Assembly (NCBI GenBank): GCA_944324855.1
Contig: CALUXY010000001.1
Coordinates: 11,117-75,116, forward strand
Source of the DNA: Candidatus Gastranaerophilales bacterium
GTDB lineage: Bacteria; Cyanobacteriota; Vampirovibrionia; Gastranaerophilales; Gastranaerophilaceae
Direction: 5' to 3'
Length of the DNA: 64,000 bases
Shown here one piece after another: positions 9,484-19,095 of the stretch. The notes under the pieces are model-generated. The model saw nothing but the letters and a program-made list of their open reading frames with translations, was not told the origin of the DNA and did not search any database. The position numbers and the translations under genes were made by a program. Positions within the stretch are counted from its first letter, which is position 1; every line of letters begins with the position of its first letter.

Positions 9484-9823
9484 TATTATGTTTCTTTACA
9501 AAAACTCTTGTCTTATGTTCTTTCTTAGGAGAATCTTTTACAACAATTTCTTCATCACTATCACCGGATTTCAATTGAGTATTAAGCTTAACATCCTTTT
9601 TAGCGAATAATTCTGATGCCTGATCCAGTAATGCAGGTGAAGATTCTTGCCCCATAAGATTTGCAAGTTTTATTTGTACATATATTTCTTCACGATAAAT
9701 TTTAAAACTCTTTGGAGCCTGAATAGCAACCTTGCAAGATCCGTTTCTGGATTCAACAATGGTTATTTCTATATCATCATTTATCATGATTTTTTGACCG
9801 TTTTTTCTTGTAATTATTAACAT
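9470..9823 (-). CDS. csrA: carbon storage regulator CsrA with long C-terminal extension
   Basis: MLIITRKNGQKIMINDDIEITIVE...VAIQAPKSFKIYREEIY matches the CsrA fold consensus. The ORF is 117 aa and lies immediately downstream of fliW. Confidence 0.85.
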   Translation of the reverse strand: MLIITRKNGQKIMINDDIEITIVESRNGSCKVAIQAPKSFKIYREEIYVQIKLANLMGQESSPALLDQASELFAKKDVKLNTQLKSGDSDEEIVVKDSPKKEHKTRVFVKKHNNDNL

Positions 9824-9833
9824 TTGAAAATCC

Positions 9834-10262
9834 TTAATCTTTAAATAATGGGAAGTTTACATCGTATCCTGAGCCTGACAAAATTATTTGTCCGCCTGTT
9901 TTCTGAGCGGTATTCAAAATAACCGGAGCCAAAAGATTAACTCTTGTACCTCTAGGGTTGCTATTAGGAATAGCTGCAACATTTAAAACCAAAATATCAT
10001 CAGTAGATTCTATTTTGAGTTTTTCTACGGCTGAATCAGGAATGTCAATTATGTAATCAAATTCGAAATATATAGCTGAAGTCATAACAAAAGCTAATTC
10101 CGGAGTTTTTACCGATTGCATCCATTTAAACGGAGAATTTTCACCGTGGTCTATTATGACAAATTTATCTTCCTCCTCATACCCTATCATAGGCAATACG
10201 AAGGTAAAAATTGCATCATCTTTAACCTCAATTTCTCCAAATCGTGTTGTACTAATCTTCAT
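9834..10262 (-). CDS. fliW: flagellar assembly factor FliW
   Basis: FliW-like pattern: TTRFGEIEV, PFKWMQS, ELAFVM, VNLLAPVILN, GGQIIL. It is paired with csrA. Confidence 0.8.
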   Translation of the reverse strand: MKISTTRFGEIEVKDDAIFTFVLPMIGYEEEDKFVIIDHGENSPFKWMQSVKTPELAFVMTSAIYFEFDYIIDIPDSAVEKLKIESTDDILVLNVAAIPNSNPRGTRVNLLAPVILNTAQKTGGQIILSGSGYDVNFPLFKD

Positions 10263-10311
10263 GTGTTTTCCTTTTTTATTCCTTTATATTTGATTTTTGA
10301 TTTTTAAATTT

Positions 10312-11157
10312 TTATTTATCATCTGATGATGAAAAATCTAGATTTGGCATCATCTGTGACATCATCATTGTTTGAATAAATTGTTGATTCATCGCAGGAT
10401 TAGATTTACCGTCTTGCGATGACATCATAAACGGAAGCATATTCATCATATTCATTCCGCCCATACCGCCATTATTATTTCCGTTCATTCCCATCATAAG
10501 GTATGCCGGATTATTCATCTGCTGTGTCATCTGCTGCATATACATTTTTGCCATCATTTCCTGTTGCTTTTTAGTTTCATCCTGTGACCCTTGAGCATTT
10601 TGCGGGGAAGTTAAATTATTTCCATTCCAAAGACCTGCTTTTTTTAATGTCATTATCGCAGCCCCTATATCTTCATTTGATGGTGCTTTATCTTGTTTTT
10701 TAGGTAAAAGCTGCTTTTTAGGAGTTTGAACAACTTTTTCCTGTTTTGGCTCTTCTTTTTTTATTTCAGGGTTTAAGAATCTTTCAGCCTGCGAAGTATT
10801 ACTGATTGATAACTGCGCATCCAACCCTGTAAAACCGGATGTTCCTAAACAATCTTTTGCAGCACGAGCCATAGATTTTAAGGATTTATCCGCGTTCATT
10901 GAAATTACTTTATCATAATTTTTTATCGCCAAATCTTTTTTATTTGTTTTTGCATATGAAAGTCCTAGATAATAGTAGGCAACAGGGTATGAAGGGTCTT
11001 GAGAAATAATTGTGTTAAGATTTTTTATACATTCCCCGTACTCGCCTGACTTATAAAGCGAAATTGCATCAGAAATTTTTTCTTCTGTTTGTGTTAAAGC
11101 AAATCCCGAAGATGACAATAAAGATACTATTATTAATGTTAGCAAAACCCGTTTCAT
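10312..11157 (-). CDS. secreted TPR protein with Met/Gln/Asn-rich C-terminal tail
   Basis: Sec-type signal (MKRVLLTLIIVSLLSSSGFA) and TPR-like units (YYYLGLSYAKTNKKDLAIKNYDKVI). The C-terminal ~90 aa are dominated by M, Q, N and G. Confidence 0.55.
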   Translation of the reverse strand: MKRVLLTLIIVSLLSSSGFALTQTEEKISDAISLYKSGEYGECIKNLNTIISQDPSYPVAYYYLGLSYAKTNKKDLAIKNYDKVISMNADKSLKSMARAAKDCLGTSGFTGLDAQLSISNTSQAERFLNPEIKKEEPKQEKVVQTPKKQLLPKKQDKAPSNEDIGAAIMTLKKAGLWNGNNLTSPQNAQGSQDETKKQQEMMAKMYMQQMTQQMNNPAYLMMGMNGNNNGGMGGMNMMNMLPFMMSSQDGKSNPAMNQQFIQTMMMSQMMPNLDFSSSDDK

Positions 11158-11371
11158 ATTTATGTATTAATGATTCTCCATACAAAATCAACATAACAAT
11201 TATAAGGTATTTTAAAGAATCGTTCCTACTTTAAACGAATGAAATTAATAATTAAAAGTATCAGATTTTCATAAATAGTACTTTGTTACATAATTTAATA
11301 TAATAAGCAATTTTTAGGGATTAAAAATTTTTAATTATATATATGGGAATAAGTTAAGGAGTAAGTTCGTA

Positions 11372-13999
11372 ATGGTGAATATTAACGGGGATTTTTCTAC
11401 TTTTGACAAACTAAAACATAATAATGAAAGAAGTAATTTCAACAAGACATCAACACCATATGTTTCAGTAAATACAAATTCTCTTTCTGATTCATTTCAA
11501 AAAGAAAAGCGTAAAAATTCAGGACTTATTGAACGTTTTTACAATAAAATCAAAAACCTGACAGGATTCGGAATCGGAACTAAAAAAGTTGAAAAAGCCA
11601 TTAGTGATGTACAAAACGGAAAAGCAACACAAGAAAATGCAGAAAAACTAATCCACGATTATTCTTCTTCTCAAGAAACCGCTGCACAACTTTTAGGTGA
11701 CGGGGCATCTGTTGCTGCCGGAGCAGGAGTATTCTTTGGTCTTGGTAAAAAAATTAAAATGATTAATTCTATTATTAAAATCAATGATACAGAAAAATTA
11801 TTAAAAGAACTCCCTAAACAAATAAAAATATTTGCACAACCAATAGAATCAATTCTTAAGTCTAAGGCGAAAACAGGCGCTTTAGTTGTTGGTTTATCCG
11901 CGTTAAGTGCCGGATTTGCGAAATACTGGACATTAAAACTCAACAGAATAGGCTCCGAAGAATACAAACTTGATAAAGATGTATACGGTAAGAAGAAGGA
12001 TAGAACACCACAGCAAAAACTCGAGGCAAAAGCGGCTAAAAAGGTCCTTAAAAAAGAAAGAAGAAAAACAAATTTCAAAAACTTTATATCCGGTATGATA
12101 AATGGAGCAATGCTTCCGCTTATGTCACTAGGCGGCTTTATAGGGGCTCCGCTTTATGTTATTGGAAATAGTTTAAACAGATACTTTGTTGCAAATAAAA
12201 CAGATAAGAAAAAATCAATCAAAGGATATACTGATAATTTAAAAAATGATGCGGTAACCACCGGGCTTACTGCAGCTGCAGTTGCTGTACCGCTGGCAAT
12301 GAAGGGAAATTATACTAAGGTATTTAATAAAAATTTAGAAAAAGCTACCGAAAAATTAATGAAAGCAGAGTTAAAAGCTCCGGATTATGCAGGATGTTCT
12401 GCATTTCAAGAATTGCAAAATACATTATTAGGTTCAAAAGAAATATCCTCAATAATACATAATCATAGATTGTCGCCGGAGGAACAAATTACAAAACTTA
12501 CAGAAGAAAATATCTTTGCGGTCAAATTTAAACAAATATCTTCCGATGGTTCTACATTAACAAGAGCTTTGCGTGAAAGCTGTCCTCCGACAAGAACTAT
12601 TGAAGAAACACAAGAACTTGTAAATTCAACTCTCGGTAACGGTTATACCATTAAGAAACTTCTTGGTGTCGGTACTGTTGCGGAAACATATCTTGCCAAG
12701 ACTTCCGAAGGTAAGGATGTTTGTATCAAGATGCTGAAAAAGGGTATAACGGAAGAAAAAATACAAAAAGATAAACAAAAATTTATTGAACTTGTAAAAA
12801 ATATGCAAGGTAAAACTCCTGAAGAAAAAGATTACCTTTTAAGAAATATAGATGATTTGGCAGACGGAATTTCTAAAGAGATTGACTTAAAGAATGAAAT
12901 GGAAGCAGCTCAAAAGCTTGTTCCGCATACTAAAGTCGCTAATGTTGTTAAACCTATAGAAGTGAAAAATGGTATGTATGTAATGGAAAAAGCTGAAGGA
13001 ATTAGTTTATCTTCTTTGGTTGATTTAAATGAAGCCAAGTTATATAAAGAAATGCTTGAAAAAGATTCAATGTTCGCAAGTATGATGAGTCCAAGGTATG
13101 GTTCTAAGCTATATAGGGCATTAGAGGGAAAATCAACTGATGCTGAAAAAATACAAGCAATACAAGATTATATTAAAAAGATTGAATCTCAAACTCCGGA
13201 ATTCGGTGATATTACACTTACTGATGCTGATGCAAAATACTTAATAAATGAATATATGAAAGTTCTCACGGAACAATTCTATAAGGTAGATAAAAATGGT
13301 AAAGTTCTTCATGCCGACATTCATCCGGGGAATATATTTATTGACATAAATGCTGTAAGAGCAAGAAAAGGCAAAGTATTTACGCTAATTGATACTGGTA
13401 ATACCGTCAATCAGACAATGGAGCAATCAATAAATGCCATTAATCTGACATCATACGTAAACAATGCAAATGTTCCTGATATTGCGGAATACGTTTTGGA
13501 AGGCGCTTCTTTACCAAAAGGTATGACCAAGGAAGAGGCTCTTCAAAAAGTCACTAAAGAGCTTGAAAAATGTTTCTTTGACACTGAAACTAGTCTTGAC
13601 AAAATGACTAATGAAAAAGTTTTAACATTAACTTCTAATATTATGCAAAAATATCGTATTATTCCAAGTGACACACAGCTAAACTTTAATAAAGCAAGAC
13701 AATCTGCTGAAAACTCAAGAAGAGATTTAGTTGAAACTTTGTTAAATATGAAAGTTAAAGATTTAAGTATGAATCCGGTTGCTATTGCGACATTCACGAC
13801 ATCTGTAGGTAAGGACATGATGAACTTAAGTCGTAAATATAACCGTATGCAGGCTGCACAAGAAAAACTTAACTTACGCCAAATGTCACTGCCGCAAAGA
13901 TTAAAACAAAGAAATAATCCAAATATGAAGGCATCAAACAGCGAAGATTATTTGACATATAAACTTAAACAGTGGAAAGATAATCTTCCGAAATTCTAA
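11372..13999 (+). CDS. ABC1/UbiB-family atypical kinase with ~430-aa N-terminal membrane extension
   Basis: Kinase-like LGVGTVAETYLAK...VCIKMLKKG, HADIHPGNIFI and LIDTG motifs lie in the C-terminal half. The N-terminal half has several hydrophobic segments. Confidence 0.7.
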   Translation: MVNINGDFSTFDKLKHNNERSNFNKTSTPYVSVNTNSLSDSFQKEKRKNSGLIERFYNKIKNLTGFGIGTKKVEKAISDVQNGKATQENAEKLIHDYSSSQETAAQLLGDGASVAAGAGVFFGLGKKIKMINSIIKINDTEKLLKELPKQIKIFAQPIESILKSKAKTGALVVGLSALSAGFAKYWTLKLNRIGSEEYKLDKDVYGKKKDRTPQQKLEAKAAKKVLKKERRKTNFKNFISGMINGAMLPLMSLGGFIGAPLYVIGNSLNRYFVANKTDKKKSIKGYTDNLKNDAVTTGLTAAAVAVPLAMKGNYTKVFNKNLEKATEKLMKAELKAPDYAGCSAFQELQNTLLGSKEISSIIHNHRLSPEEQITKLTEENIFAVKFKQISSDGSTLTRALRESCPPTRTIEETQELVNSTLGNGYTIKKLLGVGTVAETYLAKTSEGKDVCIKMLKKGITEEKIQKDKQKFIELVKNMQGKTPEEKDYLLRNIDDLADGISKEIDLKNEMEAAQKLVPHTKVANVVKPIEVKNGMYVMEKAEGISLSSLVDLNEAKLYKEMLEKDSMFASMMSPRYGSKLYRALEGKSTDAEKIQAIQDYIKKIESQTPEFGDITLTDADAKYLINEYMKVLTEQFYKVDKNGKVLHADIHPGNIFIDINAVRARKGKVFTLIDTGNTVNQTMEQSINAINLTSYVNNANVPDIAEYVLEGASLPKGMTKEEALQKVTKELEKCFFDTETSLDKMTNEKVLTLTSNIMQKYRIIPSDTQLNFNKARQSAENSRRDLVETLLNMKVKDLSMNPVAIATFTTSVGKDMMNLSRKYNRMQAAQEKLNLRQMSLPQRLKQRNNPNMKASNSEDYLTYKLKQWKDNLPKF

Positions 14000-14028
14000 C
14001 GTATTAGAAAATATTACCTGACAGTATT

Positions 14029-15126
14029 TTACACATTGAATCTGAAATGAACTAAATCGCCGTCTTGGATAACATAATCTTTACCTTCAAGGCGTGTAAC
14101 CCCTTTTTCTTTACATGCCGTATAAGACCCTAACTCTTTAAAGTCCTTATAAGGAGTGATTTCCGCTCTGATAAACCCTTTTTCAAAATCGGTATGAATA
14201 ACACCTGCCGCCTGAGGAGCTTTTGTACCGTTTGTGACGGTCCATGCTCTGACCTCTTTTTCTCCGGCTGTTATAAATGTTATAAGGTTTAAAAGAGAAT
14301 AAACCGATTTTATCATTTTGTTGATTCCGCTGTCTTCAACGCCTAAATCCGCAAGATATTCTTTGGCTTCGTCAGGTCCTAATTCAACAAGCTCTTCTTC
14401 AATTTTTGCGGAAATAATAACCATTTCTGCACCATGAGATTTCGCATACTCTCCGACTTTTTGAGTATAGCTGTTGCCGTCTTTCATATCGCCTTCAGAT
14501 ACGTTTGCGCAGTATATAACAGGTTTTACAGACATCAGATTCAGATTTTTAAGCACCTTTATTTCATCTTCACTGAAATGGTCTTCTAATTTTATAAATG
14601 AACCTTCTGATAATAAATCCGTAATTTTTTTCAAAGCTTTATCTTCCAGTACTGCTTCTTTATCACCGGATTTAACCGTTTTTAGTATTCTTGCCTGACG
14701 TTTTTCAATTGATGCCAAATCAGCAAGAATCAATTCGGTATTAATAACTTCAATATCTGATATCGGGTCAACTTTCCCGTCAACATGGATTGTATTTTCA
14801 TCATCAAAGCATCTTACAACTTGAATAATTGCATCAACTTCTCTGATATTGTGCAAGAATTGGTTTCCAAGTCCTTCTCCTTTGCTTGCCCCCTTAACAA
14901 GACCTGCAATATCAACAAATTCAATAGCGGTCGGAATAATCTCTTGTGTTTTACATAGTTTTGCAAGGATTTCTAAGCGTTCATCCGGAACGGTTACAAC
15001 ACCAACATTTGGTTCGATTGTACAAAACGGATAATTTGCACTCTGTGCGTTTTTAGATGCAGTAAGCGCATTAAACAAAGTTGACTTTCCAACATTCGGC
15101 AATCCTACAATTCCGGCTCTTAACAT
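14029..15126 (-). CDS. ychF: redox-regulated ATPase YchF
   Basis: GLPNVGKSTLFNALT (G1) and DIAGLVKGAS (G3), with a C-terminal TGS-like VRAWT...IHTDFEKGFIRAE. Confidence 0.9.
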   Translation of the reverse strand: MLRAGIVGLPNVGKSTLFNALTASKNAQSANYPFCTIEPNVGVVTVPDERLEILAKLCKTQEIIPTAIEFVDIAGLVKGASKGEGLGNQFLHNIREVDAIIQVVRCFDDENTIHVDGKVDPISDIEVINTELILADLASIEKRQARILKTVKSGDKEAVLEDKALKKITDLLSEGSFIKLEDHFSEDEIKVLKNLNLMSVKPVIYCANVSEGDMKDGNSYTQKVGEYAKSHGAEMVIISAKIEEELVELGPDEAKEYLADLGVEDSGINKMIKSVYSLLNLITFITAGEKEVRAWTVTNGTKAPQAAGVIHTDFEKGFIRAEITPYKDFKELGSYTACKEKGVTRLEGKDYVIQDGDLVHFRFNV

Positions 15127-15128
15127 TT

Positions 15129-15794
15129 TTATATATCCCTCATTCCTTCTGCTATAACTACTCCTGAACTTGTCCCCAAGCGCTCAGCTCCGGCTTTTAA
15201 AAGAGCATATGCTTTTTCATAATCCCGAATTCCGCCTGAGGCTTTAACCTTCAATCCGTACGGTGCAACTATATCATGCATAAGTTTAACATCTTCTACC
15301 TTTGCACCGACACCGTTTTTGACAAACCCTGTAGAAGTTTTAACAAAATCTGCTTTTGCTTCAATACAAAGTTCGCATGCTTTACGGATTTCATCCGGAG
15401 TTAACAAATCTGTTTCTAATATAACTTTTAAAACATGTCCTTCACATGCCCGACGAACTTCTTCAATATCTTGTTTTACTTCATTATAAAAACCGTCTTT
15501 TAATTTTGATACATTAATAACCATGTCAATTTCGTCAGCGCCGTCTTCAATAGCTCTTTTCGCCTCATAAGCTTTTACATCAGAACGGTTTGCCCCGAGA
15601 GGAAAACCTATAACTGTTACAATTTTAACATCGGAACCTTTAAGCTGTTCTTTTGCCAGAGAAACAAAACATGGATTTACGCAAACGCCAAGGAAATGGT
15701 GTTCTTTTGCCTCGTTAAAAATTTGAATTAATTCCTCTTTCTTCGCATCCGGTTTTAACAATGTATGTTCTATATAAAAGTTAATATTATCCAT
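15129..15794 (-). CDS. deoC: deoxyribose-phosphate aldolase
   Basis: DeoC motifs include VCVNP, KVILET and the Schiff-base region FVKTSTGF. Confidence 0.9.
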   Translation of the reverse strand: MDNINFYIEHTLLKPDAKKEELIQIFNEAKEHHFLGVCVNPCFVSLAKEQLKGSDVKIVTVIGFPLGANRSDVKAYEAKRAIEDGADEIDMVINVSKLKDGFYNEVKQDIEEVRRACEGHVLKVILETDLLTPDEIRKACELCIEAKADFVKTSTGFVKNGVGAKVEDVKLMHDIVAPYGLKVKASGGIRDYEKAYALLKAGAERLGTSSGVVIAEGMRDI

Positions 15795-16066
15795 AAAAAG
15801 CTCCTAATCTGCATGATTATAATATCACAAATATAATTAAGTTTTTCACTGTAAATTATGTTTGTAAATAATAAGAATAGATGTAAACGATTATTTTCAT
15901 TTAATTAACTAATTGACAAAATTATGAAAACGAACTAATAATATTAATTATTGTTTTACAATTGTAACAATTTGTTTACGAACTAGCAAAAAATTTTAAT
16001 TTACTGCTTTATATAAAAGGACGTAAAAAAGAAGTATAAAATGTCAAAAAGAAAGATAGGTTCAAC

Positions 16067-16375
16067 ATGAGTGAAATTAATAACAACGGATTTAACCCGA
16101 ATAAAGAAATAAAGATGCCGCAACCTACATCTGTAAATAACGTATCTAATACTCAAGGTATTAGTCCTGCAGAAAAACAGCAAACAGATGCATCAGCTCC
16201 TGTTTCAGAAGCTCTTGGAAAATCTATGGTAAGAGTTGATAATCATGATGCAGATATGCAGCGTTTATTAAGTAACCCAAAACTTGCTGAAGTATCTGAT
16301 AAAATGTTTAATGCAGCAACAAAAGCCGGTCTTTCTTATCCGGAAGCTGCAACGTTTGCAACTACAGAATCTTAG
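16067..16375 (+). CDS. hypothetical small protein
   Basis: 102-aa ORF with an N/Q/S-rich N-terminus containing SPAEKQQ. No recognisable domain. Confidence 0.4.
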   Translation: MSEINNNGFNPNKEIKMPQPTSVNNVSNTQGISPAEKQQTDASAPVSEALGKSMVRVDNHDADMQRLLSNPKLAEVSDKMFNAATKAGLSYPEAATFATTES

Positions 16376-16469
16376 TAGTATAATAAACACGAAATCAGAA
16401 CTTTTATAATTATAAAACAAAGTGCCCTTAGTCTTAATATAAGGGCATCTTTATTGGGAGAGTACGGGA

Positions 16470-17522
16470 ATGAAAGAAAAAGTTTTTACAATAGGCAGTG
16501 CCACAATGGATGTATTTGTAGAATGTGATTCTGCAAATATTGTATCAGTTTGCCAGCAAGACGGAAGTTCAAGTTTTATGAGTTATCCATACGGTGCAAA
16601 ACTTGATATGTCAAATTTTTCATCAAAAGTTGGCGGCGGCGGAGTTAATACTGCAATGAATTTTGCGAACCTCGGCTTTGACACAACTGCGATTTTTAAA
16701 GTCGGTGATGATATTTATTCCCGCGGGATTATGGAAGAATTCCATAAAAATACCGTAAAAACTGATTGCGTTATCCAGGATAAAACAATCAGTACCGGTT
16801 TTTCCATCATTCTTGTAAGTTTTCAAGGTGACAGAACAGTTCTTGCTAATCGCGGAGCAAACGCTCTTATAAAAATTGAAGATATAAACTTCGATAAACT
16901 AAAAGAAGCTGACTGGTTATATATTGCCCCGCTTAACGGGCAATCAAACAAGGTTTTGGAACCTCTTGTCAATTTTGCAAAAGAAAATGACATAAAAGTT
17001 TGTTTCAACGCCGGAACAACAAGCATTAAACAAGGGTTTGAATATATGAGTAAAATCCTTGCAACGGCAGATGTTGTTGTTATGAACAAAGAAGAAGCAT
17101 CTATGTGCAGCGGTATAAAAGTCAGACCTGATACTAAAACAGAACATTTTTCAGAAGAACTTATCCATCCGGATGTAAAACACATGCTTCAAAAATTAAA
17201 AATTAAAGATTATCAGGTTGTTGTCATTACAGACGGCGGACACGGAGCATACGCATACAACGGTAAAGACTATTACTACTGTCCGGTTTTCCAATCTCCG
17301 GTTGTTTCAACTCTTGGCGCAGGAGATGCATTCGCATCAACCTTCTTCGCAGCATTAAAAGAAACCGATTTTAATATTGGAGAATCTTTAATGTATGCAT
17401 CGGTTGAATCAAGTTCTGTTGTCTCAAAATTCGGCGCAACAGAAGGGCTTATCGCTTTTGACGAAATTAAAAAACGACTTTCAGAAAAACCTGATTACAC
17501 ATATATTAAAGTTGCAGAATAA
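16470..17522 (+). CDS. PfkB-family carbohydrate kinase
   Basis: GGGGVNTA (GG motif) and C-terminal GAGDAFAS anion-hole motif. Strong SD (GGGAGAG). Confidence 0.75.
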   Translation: MKEKVFTIGSATMDVFVECDSANIVSVCQQDGSSSFMSYPYGAKLDMSNFSSKVGGGGVNTAMNFANLGFDTTAIFKVGDDIYSRGIMEEFHKNTVKTDCVIQDKTISTGFSIILVSFQGDRTVLANRGANALIKIEDINFDKLKEADWLYIAPLNGQSNKVLEPLVNFAKENDIKVCFNAGTTSIKQGFEYMSKILATADVVVMNKEEASMCSGIKVRPDTKTEHFSEELIHPDVKHMLQKLKIKDYQVVVITDGGHGAYAYNGKDYYYCPVFQSPVVSTLGAGDAFASTFFAALKETDFNIGESLMYASVESSSVVSKFGATEGLIAFDEIKKRLSEKPDYTYIKVAE

Positions 17523-18151
17523 TGAAAATCTATTCTCCGCAAATGTTAAATACATATAATGAATGTCCTGCAAAGTACTATTACAGGTTTGTTAAAAATA
17601 CACCTGTTCCACAATTGGATAATTCATTTATTACGGGAAAAAATATTCATGCCATGGCTGCTTATTACTTAAGAGGAGAAGATGTTTCTTTATTTTCTCT
17701 TACCGAAAAAGAAAACATTATGTGGGAGAGATTGAAAACCTCTTGTTATTTCAATCTAAAACCGGAAAAAGTAGAACAGAATATCGCAGCCAAACTTGAT
17801 AATTTTTGGATTGGCGGAAGATTGGATGCACTTGTAAAAAACAATAATCAAGAGTATTTTATACTTGATTACAAGACAGGTGAGATACCCCAAAATGCAA
17901 AATATAACTTCCAAACAATAGTTTATCTTTTATGCTGCGACAAACTAATCAAGGAATACAAATCACTTAATTTTGTATATATTAGTGTAAAAACAGGAGA
18001 GGAAAAAGTTATAGAGTTTTCAAATAATTTAAAAACAAAATACGAACTACAGGTTAAGGAGATTATAAACGGAATACAAAAAATGTCTGAACCGAATATT
18101 ATTCACACAGAAAAATGTAAAAATTGCCAGTATTCCAAAATTTGTGTTTAA
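17522..18151 (+). CDS. PD-(D/E)XK nuclease, Cas4/RecB-like with Fe-S cysteines
   Basis: N-terminal YNECP Cys, GRLDAL...ILDYKTGE (D...D-x-K core) and C-terminal CKNCQYSKIC. The start overlaps the kinase stop (TAATG). Confidence 0.6.
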   Translation: MKIYSPQMLNTYNECPAKYYYRFVKNTPVPQLDNSFITGKNIHAMAAYYLRGEDVSLFSLTEKENIMWERLKTSCYFNLKPEKVEQNIAAKLDNFWIGGRLDALVKNNNQEYFILDYKTGEIPQNAKYNFQTIVYLLCCDKLIKEYKSLNFVYISVKTGEEKVIEFSNNLKTKYELQVKEIINGIQKMSEPNIIHTEKCKNCQYSKICV

Positions 18152-18226
18152 AAATATTACAAATTTGACCCGGATTATTACACTACTTACAATAAAAATA
18201 AAAAAGTATTCTTGGGAGATAAAAAA

Positions 18227-18847
18227 ATGAATGGATATAGTTTTGAGTTAATCACAGGTCCGATGAGCTGTGGTAAAACAGAGGAGTTATTAAGAAGAAT
18301 CCGCAGATGTGTCATTGCCAAAAAGAGAGTCAAAGTCTTTTCGCCAAAGATTGATACCCGTTCAAACGGGGATTATATTGAATCTAGAAACGGACTATGG
18401 ACAGATGCTATCAAAATAGAACATTCAATTCAAATTATGTCCAATGTAAAACCGGAAGATGAAGTTATTGCAATCGATGAGCTACAGTTCTTTGATTCAA
18501 ACATCGTTAAAGTTATTTCAACTTTGATGAAAGAAGGGAAAAAAGTTATCGGAACAGGACTCGAACTTGATTTCAAATCCGAACCGTTCGGAGCAATGCC
18601 GCAACTAATGTGTATTGCGACAAAAATCGACAAATTACAAGCCGTATGTATGAAATGCGGTTGCGAACATGCAACAAGAACACAGCGTTTAATTAACGGA
18701 GAACCTGCCGACAAAAGCTCACCACTTATTATGATAGGCGGAGACGAAACTTATGAAGCACGATGCGTCAAGTGCTACGAGCTGCCTGATAAGAATGGCG
18801 ACAAACCACGTAATAACCTTAGAATATTAAACTTTATGCACAAATAA
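18227..18847 (+). CDS. tdk: thymidine kinase
   Basis: GPMSCGKTEEL P-loop, IDELQFF, and Zn-binding CMKCG...CVKCY. ATG at 18227 follows a GGGAGA SD; the listed 18212 start is TTG. Confidence 0.85.
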   Translation: MNGYSFELITGPMSCGKTEELLRRIRRCVIAKKRVKVFSPKIDTRSNGDYIESRNGLWTDAIKIEHSIQIMSNVKPEDEVIAIDELQFFDSNIVKVISTLMKEGKKVIGTGLELDFKSEPFGAMPQLMCIATKIDKLQAVCMKCGCEHATRTQRLINGEPADKSSPLIMIGGDETYEARCVKCYELPDKNGDKPRNNLRILNFMHK

Positions 18848-19069
18848 ACACTACATATTATGTAAGGTTTTGTGTCCTTCGATTATGCTTGGAAGCATAA
18901 TTATTGAAATGTAGAATACAAATGCGAAAAGTAATAAATCTACCATTGAGTACACCTCTGTTTTTCAATCCTTACATATTCTATATTCCACATTTTGAAT
19001 ATTTTATAACATTTTTAATTAATTTTGATACAAAATGAAATAGAGACTTTTATACACTTATTAATTCAA

Positions 19070-19094
19070 TAAAAAACGGAACCAAAGTTCCGCT
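19070..19094 (-). terminator. intrinsic terminator downstream of metG
   Basis: On the minus strand: GCGGAAC-TTTG-GTTCCGT followed by TTTTTT. Confidence 0.5.
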
Positions 19095-19095
19095 T

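Noticed and set aside
11671-12078. Minus-strand 135-aa ORF inside the ABC1 kinase gene, and similar internal antisense or alternative-frame ORFs (16823-17185, 52902-53405, 60505-60909, 27846-28193).
   Set aside because: All lie within long genes that have clear family motifs on the opposite strand or in another frame. Their low-complexity composition is typical of shadow ORFs in AT-rich DNA.
17522-18151. Treating the Cas4-like nuclease as evidence of a CRISPR-Cas locus.
   Set aside because: There is no repeat-spacer array and no other cas gene anywhere in the window.
18864-18996. Possible sRNA in the tdk-metG convergent spacer (ATGTAAGG/CCTTACAT and AAATGTAGAATA/TATTCCACATTT complementarities).
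   Set aside because: The two pairings cross rather than nest. The region is very AT-rich and has no GC-rich core or clear terminator. This is insufficient evidence.
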